Assembly (NCBI RefSeq): GCF_036381655.1
Contig: NZ_DASVCJ010000020.1
Coordinates: 21,484-85,483 of the forward strand
Source of the DNA: Ferrovibrio sp.
Lineage (GTDB): Bacteria > Pseudomonadota > Alphaproteobacteria > Ferrovibrionales > Ferrovibrionaceae
Direction of reading: 5' to 3'
DNA: 64,000 bases
The notes beneath the pieces are model-generated. The model was not told where the DNA came from, did not search any database, and was given only the letters and a program-made list of their open reading frames with translations. A program made the translations under genes and the position numbers. The first letter of the stretch is position 1. Every line of letters begins with the position of its first letter. This document shows positions 36,955-45,069 of the stretch, one piece after another.

Positions 36955-38930
36955 CCTCGTTCCGCCTCCAGCGGCTGCAGCGCCGCCAGCAACTGCCTGC
37001 TGGCGACCTGCTCGCCGACCTTGACCGGCAGCGCCTCGACCAGCGCATCGGCCCGCGCGACCATTTCATGCTGCATCTTCATCGCCTCCAGCACGACCAG
37101 ACGCTGGCCCTTCTTCACCCGTTCGCCCGCCGCCGCCAGCACGGCGACGATCCTGCCGCTCATCGGCGCGCGCAATTCCCGCTCGGCTGCGGCCTCCGCC
37201 TGGCCGGAGGGCCGATAGAGGATATCGCGGCAGGAGAAATCGGCGCCGGCGCAGGCGACATGCAATCTACCATCGGCGAAGACGAAAGCGAGATCGCTTT
37301 CGGCGCCATGCGCCGCCACGCGCAGACGGCCATTCCCGCGCGCCAGGATGCGCAGGTCGAGATCGTCGATGCGGTAGCGGCCTGGGTAGCGATCTGGGCC
37401 GAGTACGGCGACCTGCTTCCTGCTCGTGCCGCCGGCATGCTCGAGCAGGACCGGCCAGGCCAGGCTGCCGCTGGAGCACCAGGCGCGGGCCGGATCATGG
37501 CCGTTCGCCGCCGCATCCGCCTCGAAAAGCAGGATGGCCGCCGCGGCCAGCAGCAGATCGCCGGGCTCAGCCGCTCGCACGGCGGCGAAACGGTCGGCGA
37601 TGAAATGCGTCGTCGTCTTGCCGGCGGCGACATCCGGATGCGACAGCAGGTCGATCAGGAAGCCGCGATTGGTGGCAAGCCCCAGCGCCACCGTCCGCTC
37701 CAGCGCGCGCAGCAGCCGGCGCCGGGCTTCCTCGCGGCTGGCGCCATGCGCGACGATCTTGGCGATCATCGGATCGTAATGCGGCGTGATCTCCTGCCCG
37801 GCCGCCAGGCCATGATCGACGCGGATGCCCGCGCCCTCGGGCGGCTGCCAGGCGGCGAGCTTTCCCGCCTGCGGCAGGAAATTCTCATGCGGCGCCTCGG
37901 CATAGAGCCGCGCCTCGATGGCATGGCCGGCGAAGGCGACATCCTGCTGGCGGAGCGGCAGAACCTCGCCCGCCGCCACCCTGATCTGCCAGGCGACGAG
38001 ATCGAGGCCGGTGACGGCTTCGGTCACCGGATGCTCGACCTGCAGCCGCGTATTCATCTCGAGGAAATGGAAATCCCGGCCATTCGCATCGAGCAGGAAT
38101 TCCACCGTGCCGGCGCCGGCATAGCCGATGGCCCGGGCCGCCGCGACGGCCGCCGCGCCCATTTCCGCGCGCAAGCGCGCATCGACGGCGGGCGATGGCG
38201 CCTCCTCGATCACCTTCTGATGCCGGCGCTGCAGCGAGCAGTCGCGCTCGCCGAGATGGATGACGTTGCCATGGCTGTCGGCGAAGACCTGGATCTCGAT
38301 ATGGCGACCGGCGGCGACGGCCTTCTCCAGGATCAGCTCGCCCGAGCCGAAGGCGGCCGCGGCCTCGGCGCGCGCCGCCTGGATGGCGCCCGGAAGATCG
38401 GCGGGATCGCGCACCAGCCGCATGCCGCGCCCGCCGCCGCCGGCCGCCGCCTTGACCATCAGCGGCAGGCCGATCCTTGCGGCGGCCTCCAAGAGTGCCG
38501 CGTCGGATTGATCCTCGCCCTGATAGCCCGGCAGGCAGGGCAGGCCGGCCTCGATCATGCGCCGTTTCGCGGCGGCCTTGTTGCCCATCGCCGCGATCGC
38601 CGGCGCCGGCGGGCCGATGAAGACGAGGCCGGCATCGGCGCAGGCCTGCGCGAAATCCGCGTTTTCCGATAGAAAGCCATAGCCCGGATGCACCGCCTGG
38701 GCGCCGGTGTCCTTCGCCGCGTTCAGGATCGCGTCCATGCTGAGATAGCTCTGCTTCGCCTCGGCCGGGCCGATGCAGATCGCCTTGTCTGCCTGCAGCA
38801 CATGCGGCGCGCCGGCATCGGCTTCGGAATAGACCGCCACACTGCGATAGCCCAGCGCGCGCGCCGAGCGGATGATGCGGCAGGCGATCTCGCCGCGATT
38901 GGCGACCAGAATGTCGGTGAAGCCCGACAT
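36951..38930 (-). CDS. atuF: Biotin carboxylase/BCCP alpha subunit, geranyl-CoA carboxylase (AtuF)-like
   Basis: ILVANRGEIA, HPGYGFLSE, RDCSLQRRHQK, FLEMNTRLQVEHPVTE and EAMKM motifs; symbol inferred from context, could be an MCC/PCC paralog. Confidence 0.8.
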   Translation of the reverse strand: MSGFTDILVANRGEIACRIIRSARALGYRSVAVYSEADAGAPHVLQADKAICIGPAEAKQSYLSMDAILNAAKDTGAQAVHPGYGFLSENADFAQACADAGLVFIGPPAPAIAAMGNKAAAKRRMIEAGLPCLPGYQGEDQSDAALLEAAARIGLPLMVKAAAGGGGRGMRLVRDPADLPGAIQAARAEAAAAFGSGELILEKAVAAGRHIEIQVFADSHGNVIHLGERDCSLQRRHQKVIEEAPSPAVDARLRAEMGAAAVAAARAIGYAGAGTVEFLLDANGRDFHFLEMNTRLQVEHPVTEAVTGLDLVAWQIRVAAGEVLPLRQQDVAFAGHAIEARLYAEAPHENFLPQAGKLAAWQPPEGAGIRVDHGLAAGQEITPHYDPMIAKIVAHGASREEARRRLLRALERTVALGLATNRGFLIDLLSHPDVAAGKTTTHFIADRFAAVRAAEPGDLLLAAAAILLFEADAAANGHDPARAWCSSGSLAWPVLLEHAGGTSRKQVAVLGPDRYPGRYRIDDLDLRILARGNGRLRVAAHGAESDLAFVFADGRLHVACAGADFSCRDILYRPSGQAEAAAERELRAPMSGRIVAVLAAAGERVKKGQRLVVLEAMKMQHEMVARADALVEALPVKVGEQVASRQLLAALQPLEAERG

Positions 38931-38950
38931 TATTCCACCGCCCCGCAAGC

Positions 38951-39040
38951 GTCATGGCCGGACGTGTTCCGGCCATCCACGCATCTGCCGCAAACGTTCG
39001 AAAGAAAGGCGCGGCCGCCCGGGATCAGCCCGGGCATGAC
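38951..39040. repeat. REP-like palindromic intergenic element (GTCATGGCCGG...GCCCGGGCATGAC family)
   Basis: GTCATGGCCGGACGTGTTCCGGCCATCCAC ... GCCCGGGATCAGCCCGGGCATGAC with terminal GTCATG/CATGAC inverted repeat; partial copy at 40266-40289. Confidence 0.75.
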
Positions 39041-39066
39041 AACTTTCTTTTCAACCATCGTCATCT

Positions 39067-40224
39067 TCACTTCCGCTTGCCCGGCAGGATGCCCATATGC
39101 TTGGCGATGATCCCGAGCATGATCTCGTCGGCGCCGCCGCCGATGGAGGCCAGCCGGCTGTCGCGATAGGCGCGGCTGATCGGGGTTTCGTTCATGAAGC
39201 CCATGCCGCCGAAATATTGCAGGCAGGCATCGGTGATCTCGCGGCCGAGCCGGCCGGCCTTCAGCTTGGCCATCGAGGCGAGCATGGTGACGTCCTCGCC
39301 CTTCAGCATCAGATCGGCGGCGCGGTAGCTCAGCGCCCGCAGCAGCTCGATCTCGGTCTTCAGTTCCGCCAGGCGGAAATGCACGACCTGATTGTCGAGG
39401 ATCGCCTGGCCGAAAGCCTGGCGCTGGCGGGTATAGTCGATCGTCTGCTCGATATGGCGTTCCATCGCCGCCAGGCTGGACAGGGCCGCCCACAGCCTTT
39501 CCTCCTGGAACTGCATCATCTGATACATGAAGCCATGGCCTTCCTGGCCGATACGGAAGCGCTGCGGCACGCGCACGTCGTCGAAGAAGATCTGCGCCGT
39601 GTCGGAGCTGCGCATGCCGAGCTTGTCGAGCTTGCGCGCGATCTGCACCCCCTTGGTCTTCATCGGCAGGCAGATCAGCGACTTGTTCTGATGCACCGGG
39701 CCCTCGCCGGTATTGGCCAGCAGGCACATCCAATCGGCCTGCGTGCCGTTGGTGGTCCACATCTTGCCGCCGTTGATGACGTAATCGTCGCCGTCCTTGC
39801 GCGCCGTCGTCTTGATGCTGGCCACGTCCGAACCGGCGCCGACTTCCGACACCCCGAGACAGGCCACCCTGTCGCCGCTGATGCTGGGGACGAGGAACTC
39901 CTTGCGCAGTTCGTCCGAGCCGAACCTGGCCAGCGCCGGCGTCGCCATGTCGGTCTGCACGCCGATCGCCATCGGCACGCCGCCGCACTGGATCTGCCCC
40001 AGCGCCTCGATCATCACCATCTGATAGGAGTAATCGAGACCGAGGCCGCCATACTCGACCGGCTTGTTGATGCCGAGCATGCCCAGATCGCCCAGCTTCT
40101 TGAACAGCGCATGCGCCGGAAAGATGCCCGCGCGCTCCCACTCCTCGACATGCGGGTTGATCTCTGTGTCGATGAAGCGGATCAGGTTGCGCCGGATCGC
40201 CTCATGCTCCTGGGTGAACTCCAT
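39067..40224 (-). CDS. atuD: Acyl-CoA dehydrogenase, citronellyl-CoA dehydrogenase (AtuD)-like
   Basis: GVQTDMATPALARFGSDEL, GVSEVGAGSDVA and QFQEERL closely follow my recollection of Pseudomonas AtuD. Confidence 0.8.
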   Translation of the reverse strand: MEFTQEHEAIRRNLIRFIDTEINPHVEEWERAGIFPAHALFKKLGDLGMLGINKPVEYGGLGLDYSYQMVMIEALGQIQCGGVPMAIGVQTDMATPALARFGSDELRKEFLVPSISGDRVACLGVSEVGAGSDVASIKTTARKDGDDYVINGGKMWTTNGTQADWMCLLANTGEGPVHQNKSLICLPMKTKGVQIARKLDKLGMRSSDTAQIFFDDVRVPQRFRIGQEGHGFMYQMMQFQEERLWAALSSLAAMERHIEQTIDYTRQRQAFGQAILDNQVVHFRLAELKTEIELLRALSYRAADLMLKGEDVTMLASMAKLKAGRLGREITDACLQYFGGMGFMNETPISRAYRDSRLASIGGGADEIMLGIIAKHMGILPGKRK

Positions 40225-40323
40225 GACGCATCCTCCTCCACGCCGAACCGCCGGTTACGCCTTCTGTCATGGCCGGGCGCGGCCCGGCCGGCTACGTCCT
40301 GAACCGGCCATGTCCTGGACCGG

Positions 40324-41943
40324 TCACACCCTTGCAATCCCGAACGCGTTGCGTTTCGTCGCGCGCGCATCGGCCTCGCGGCAGATATCCAGGCAGAAGC
40401 CGAGCACGCGGCGCGAATCGCGCGGATCGATCAGTCCGTCGTCCCAGAGCCGCGCGGTGGCGAACAGCGCCGTGCTTTCGGCTTCCATCTTCTTCACCAC
40501 CTGCGCCTTCATCTTTTCCAGCGCCGCCATGTCGGGCTCGGCGCCGGCTCGGCGGAACTTCTCCTCGGCGACGATGGCCAGCACGCCGGCGGCCTGTTCC
40601 GGGCCCATCACGGCGATGCGGTTGTTCGGCCAGGCGAAGATGAAGCGCGGATCATAGGCGCGGCCGCACATGCCGTAATTGCCGGCCCCGAAGCTGGCGC
40701 CGATATGCAGGGTCAGTTTCGGCACGCGCGCATTGGTCACCGCCTGGATCATCTTCGAGCCATGCTTGACGATGCCGCCGCGTTCCGCCTCCCTGCCCAC
40801 CATGTAGCCGGTGGTGTTCTGCAGGAAGACCAGCGGCATGTCGGCCTGATCGCAAAGCTGGATGAACTGCGCGGCCTTGGCGGCGCCTTCGGTATCGATC
40901 GGCCCGTTATTGCCGATCAGCCCGACCGCCTCGCCTTCGATCGAGGCCTGGCCGCAGACGGTATGGCCGCCATAGCCGGGCTTGAAATCGACGAAGTCGC
41001 TGTCGTCGACCAGCCGCGCGATCACCTCGCGCACGTCGTAGGGCTTGCGGTAATCGATGGGCACGATGCCGCAAAGCTCGTCGATGTCGTAGCGCGGCGG
41101 CCGGCTCGCCTTCTTGCGCAACTGCGGCCCGCGCTCGTTCCAGGGCAGCTTGGCGCAGATCTCGCGCACGATGCGCAGGGCATCGGCATCGTCCGCGGCG
41201 AGATATTCGGCAACGCCGGAGACCTGCGCATGCATCTCGGCGCCGCCAAGCTCTTCATCGGTGGCGATCTCGCCGGTGGCGGATCTGAGCAGCGGCGGCC
41301 CGGCAAGGAAGATCTTGGCGCGGCCCTTCACCACGACGACGTAATCGCTCATCCCCGGCACGTAGGCGCCGCCCGCCGTGCTGGAGCCATGCACCACGGT
41401 GATCTGCGGGATGCCGGCAGCCGACAGCCGCGCCTGGTTGGCGAAGCCCTTGCCGCCCTCGACGAAGATTTCGGCCTGGTAATTCAGATTGGCGCCGCCG
41501 GATTCGACCAGGTTCACCACCGGCAGCTTGTTCTGCAGCGCGATCTCCTGCGCGCGCAGGCTCTTGCGCAGACCCATCGGCGCGATCGTGCCGCCCTTGA
41601 TGCCGGAATCGGATGCCGCGATCATGCAGCGGATGCCGGCGACGTAGCCGATGCCGGCGATGGAGCCGCCGCCCATGATGTTCTCGGCGCCGTCGTCGTC
41701 GTGCATCCTGTAGCCGGCCAGCGTGGCGATCTCCAGGAAGGGCGCGCCGCGGTCCAGCAGATGCGCGATGCGGTCGCGCGGCGAAAGCTGGCCGCGTTTC
41801 TCGAAGACCGGCCGGCGCGCATTGGAGGTATCGCGCACGCGCCGCTCCAGGGCGCGGAAGCCCTCGATCAGCGCCAGCATCTCGGCGCGGTTCCGCCGGA
41901 AGCTTTCCGAGGCGGGGTCGATCTGCGTCTGCAGGACCGCCAT
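40324..41943 (-). CDS. atuC: Acyl-CoA carboxylase carboxyltransferase subunit, AtuC-like
   Basis: KRGQLSPRDRIAHLLDRGAPFLE, HGSSTAGGAY, QNTTGYMVG and ARLWDDGLIDPRD motifs. Confidence 0.8.
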   Translation of the reverse strand: MAVLQTQIDPASESFRRNRAEMLALIEGFRALERRVRDTSNARRPVFEKRGQLSPRDRIAHLLDRGAPFLEIATLAGYRMHDDDGAENIMGGGSIAGIGYVAGIRCMIAASDSGIKGGTIAPMGLRKSLRAQEIALQNKLPVVNLVESGGANLNYQAEIFVEGGKGFANQARLSAAGIPQITVVHGSSTAGGAYVPGMSDYVVVVKGRAKIFLAGPPLLRSATGEIATDEELGGAEMHAQVSGVAEYLAADDADALRIVREICAKLPWNERGPQLRKKASRPPRYDIDELCGIVPIDYRKPYDVREVIARLVDDSDFVDFKPGYGGHTVCGQASIEGEAVGLIGNNGPIDTEGAAKAAQFIQLCDQADMPLVFLQNTTGYMVGREAERGGIVKHGSKMIQAVTNARVPKLTLHIGASFGAGNYGMCGRAYDPRFIFAWPNNRIAVMGPEQAAGVLAIVAEEKFRRAGAEPDMAALEKMKAQVVKKMEAESTALFATARLWDDGLIDPRDSRRVLGFCLDICREADARATKRNAFGIARV

Positions 41944-41946
41944 CGC

Positions 41947-42852
41947 CTATTCCTCCCGCAGCACGTTCGGCGTCGTCGCGCGATGAAAGCCGTTCCAGGG
42001 CTGCGATCGGTCGTGCTTGGGCAATTCGTAATTGCGCCGCGCATTCGGCACCGCGCCGTCGACGCGGAGGCAGTCGCCGGTGATGAAGGCCGCGGCCGGC
42101 GAGAGCAGAAAGACGATGGCGGCCGAGACTTCCGATTCGGTGCCGAGCCGCTGCAGCGGCACTTCGCGTTTCATGCCGCGGATGACCGGCGTCATCCAAT
42201 CGGGATAGGTGTCGATGCCGCTCGATGCGATCCAGCCCGGCGCCACGGCGTTGACGCGCACGCCGCTCGGCGCCCATTCCACCGCCGCCGTTTCGGTGAA
42301 GTTGACCATGCCGGCGCGCGCCGCGCCGGAATGGCCCATATTCGGCATGCCGCCCCACATATCGGCGACGATGTTGACGATGGCGCCGCCGTGATCGGCC
42401 ATCCATTGCGTGTAGCATTCGCGCGCCATCAGGAAGCCGCCGGTGAGGTTGTTGCGCACCACGGCGTCCCAGCCCTTCTGGCTGATCTGGCTGAGCGGCG
42501 CCGGGAACTGCCCGCCGGCATTGTTCACCAGGCCGTCGATGCGGCCGAAGCGCTTGACGATCGCGGCGACGGCGGCGCGCACCGCTTCCTCTTCGCGGAT
42601 ATCGCAGGCGAAGACATCGACATCGGCACGGGCGTTGTCCGCGCGCAGTTCGGCGGCGACGGCATCGAGCTTTTCCTTCTTGCGGCCGATCAGCGCGAGC
42701 CGGGCGCCGAGATGGCAGAGTTCGTGCGCCGTGCAGCGCCCGATGCCGGAGCCGCCGCCGGTCACGATCATCACCTGGCCGGCGAACAGGCCGTCGCGGA
42801 AAACCGAGCGGAACGATCCGCCATCGCTCTTGCTCGTCGGAGCGGCATCCAT
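41947..42852 (-). CDS. atuB: SDR oxidoreductase, citronellol/citronellal dehydrogenase (AtuB)-like
   Basis: TGGGSGIGRCTAHEL, VNNAGGQF and HSGAARAG (HxxxxR in place of YxxxK); GAGGGA SD. Confidence 0.78.
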   Translation of the reverse strand: MDAAPTSKSDGGSFRSVFRDGLFAGQVMIVTGGGSGIGRCTAHELCHLGARLALIGRKKEKLDAVAAELRADNARADVDVFACDIREEEAVRAAVAAIVKRFGRIDGLVNNAGGQFPAPLSQISQKGWDAVVRNNLTGGFLMARECYTQWMADHGGAIVNIVADMWGGMPNMGHSGAARAGMVNFTETAAVEWAPSGVRVNAVAPGWIASSGIDTYPDWMTPVIRGMKREVPLQRLGTESEVSAAIVFLLSPAAAFITGDCLRVDGAVPNARRNYELPKHDRSQPWNGFHRATTPNVLREE

Positions 42853-42934
42853 CGCGGCGTTTCTCCCTCGCAGCTTTATACTGCGTCGCATGGTCTTATG
42901 TGGTTTTTATGCGCTGCAGCGACGCTACTTGACG

Positions 42935-42950
42935 CTTACGTTAACGTCAA
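42935..42950. promoter_or_regulatory. Palindromic operator, LiuR (MerR-family)-like
   Basis: CTTACGTTAACGTCAA between the divergent atu-like operon and SCP2; second palindrome GTTGACGCAGCGTCAAC at 42978-42994. Confidence 0.6.
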
Positions 42951-43015
42951 TATAGGGTGCCGCCGGATGCAAGCAGCGTTGACGCAGCGTCAACATCAAG
43001 AGCCTGGGAGGCCTC

Positions 43016-43306
43016 ATGTCGCTCGAACAGATCACGCAGCAGATGAGCCAGCGCGTGCAGCCGGGCACGCTGGACGCCACGGTGAAATTCGATTTCGGCG
43101 ATGACGGCAAAATCTTCGTCGACGGCCCCGCCGGCAGCGTCAGCAACGACGACAAGGATGCCGACTGCACCATCACCATATCGCTGGACAATTTCAAGTC
43201 GCTGGTCGCCGGCGATCTCGACCCGACCACCGCCTTCATGATGGGCAAGCTGAAGGTACAGGGCAGTATGGGCGTGGCGATGAAGCTGCAGTCGATCCTC
43301 GGCTGA
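43016..43306 (+). CDS. SCP2 sterol/lipid-binding domain protein
   Basis: ADCTITIS...LDPTTAFMMGKLKVQGSMGVAMKL signature. Confidence 0.95.
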   Translation: MSLEQITQQMSQRVQPGTLDATVKFDFGDDGKIFVDGPAGSVSNDDKDADCTITISLDNFKSLVAGDLDPTTAFMMGKLKVQGSMGVAMKLQSILG

Positions 43307-43342
43307 GCGGCGGCGCCGTCCGGATAAGCCGCCCGCCGCGCC

Positions 43343-44944
43343 TCAGGCGGCGGTCGGCATCAGGATGCTGACGATGGTGCCGCGGCCAAGCTCGCTTTCG
43401 ATCGACACCTTGCCGCCCTGCAGCTCGACCAGCGAACGCACGATGGCCAGCCCGAGGCCGGCGCCGTCATATTGCCGGCGATAGATGTTGTCGAGCTGCG
43501 CGAACGGCTTCATCAGCTTGGGGATGTCCTGCGTGGCGATGCCGACGCCGGTATCGGCGACCCAGATGCGCATGCCGGCGGCGCCATCGGCGGCGAGGCC
43601 CAGCGTGACGCGGCCGCCCTCGGGCGTGAACTTGATCGCATTGGACAGCAGGTTGAGCAGTATCTGATGCATCGCGCGTTCGTCGGCGCGCAATAGCGGC
43701 AGATCGGCGGCGACCTCGCATTGCAGCGTCAGGCCGGCCCGCGCCGCCTGATCGCGCACGGTGCCGATGGCGCGGTTGGCGACATCCTGCATCGCCAGGT
43801 CTTCCAGGGCGAGGGCGAATTTGCCCGCCTCGATCCGCGACAGATCCAGCAGGTCGTTGATGATCTTCAGCAGATGCAGGCCGCTGGCATGGATGTCGGC
43901 CGAGTAGGAGGTCACCAGCGCGCGGTTCGAGATGTCGATGATGCCCGCGGCCATGGCTTCCGAGAAGCCGATGATGGCGTTCAGCGGCGTGCGCAGCTCG
44001 TGGCTCATATTGGCGAGGAAGCGGCTCTTGGCCCGGTTGGCCTCCTCCGCCTCGACCTTGGCCTGCCAGAGCATTTCGGCATGCACCACCCGCTCGGTGA
44101 TGTCGCGGTTGGTGCCGATCAGCTTGACGGCGCTGCCGTCGGGCGCGCGTTCGACAAGGCCGCGCACCTGCAGATGCCGCACTTCTCCCGACGGGCGCAG
44201 GATGCGGTGTTCGATCTCGAACTGCTCCTGCGCCGTCACCGCCGCCTTGAGCTGCTGCTGCAGCATCGCCCGGTCGTCGGGATGCACGCGCGCGGTCCAG
44301 GAGTCGACGTCGTAATCGAAATGTTCGGGATCGATGCCCCAGAGTTCGAGCACGCGCGCATCGGCGGTCAGGCTGGTGGTCGCCAGATCGCGTTCCCAGA
44401 TGCCGATGCCGCTGGCGGTGACGGCAAGCTGCAGATGGCGGACCAGTTCCTGCAGGTCGGCCTCGTGCTGCTTGCGGGCGGTGATGTCGGTGATCTGCAC
44501 CACGAGGTAATCCGGCGCGCCGGCGGCGTCGCGCACCAGGCGGCGGTCGACCAGGCCCCAGACATAGCGGCCGTCGCGGCGCCGGTAGCGTTTCTCTTCC
44601 TGGAAATGCTCGATCTCGCCGCGCTGGAAGCGCTCGAATACCCGCTCGGCCCCGGCCCGGTCGTCGGCGGACATGACATCGCGGAAGGCCAGCGTCTGCA
44701 TCTCGTCATGGCTGTAGCCGAGGAAGTCGCACATGGCGCGGTTGGCGCGCAGGCAGCGGCCATCCAGGGCGGAGATCACCAGGGCGACGGGCAGATGGTC
44801 GATGGCGGCCCGGATCAGCGGCACATCGCCCGCCGGCGCGGCGTCCGGGGGCTCCGCCGCATCGGCGGGCGCATCGGCTCGCGCACCTGAATCCTGATCC
44901 GCTTTGTCGACGTCGTGTTCCACGGTATCCGGCATATCCCGCAA
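43343..44944 (-). CDS. PAS/PAC sensor histidine kinase, PleC/DivJ-like
   Basis: Two PAS-PAC domains; FLANMSHELRTPLNAIIGFSE H-box; NLLSNAIKFT, DTGVGI and GAGLGL motifs. Confidence 0.93.
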   Translation of the reverse strand: MRDMPDTVEHDVDKADQDSGARADAPADAAEPPDAAPAGDVPLIRAAIDHLPVALVISALDGRCLRANRAMCDFLGYSHDEMQTLAFRDVMSADDRAGAERVFERFQRGEIEHFQEEKRYRRRDGRYVWGLVDRRLVRDAAGAPDYLVVQITDITARKQHEADLQELVRHLQLAVTASGIGIWERDLATTSLTADARVLELWGIDPEHFDYDVDSWTARVHPDDRAMLQQQLKAAVTAQEQFEIEHRILRPSGEVRHLQVRGLVERAPDGSAVKLIGTNRDITERVVHAEMLWQAKVEAEEANRAKSRFLANMSHELRTPLNAIIGFSEAMAAGIIDISNRALVTSYSADIHASGLHLLKIINDLLDLSRIEAGKFALALEDLAMQDVANRAIGTVRDQAARAGLTLQCEVAADLPLLRADERAMHQILLNLLSNAIKFTPEGGRVTLGLAADGAAGMRIWVADTGVGIATQDIPKLMKPFAQLDNIYRRQYDGAGLGLAIVRSLVELQGGKVSIESELGRGTIVSILMPTAA

Positions 44945-45069
44945 GACTGGCGTTCAGCCGATCATGCGCGGCCCAACAGCATTGGATGAGCCTGTCATCC
45001 TGCTGACAGACCGGTAACCAATTCCTAAACGCGGCCCGAAAAGGCCGCCCGGACAGCCGGCCCGGAAAC

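Noticed and set aside
40705-43104. 799-aa + strand ORF
   Set aside because: Antisense to the atuB/atuC-like genes and runs out of frame over SCP2; no motifs
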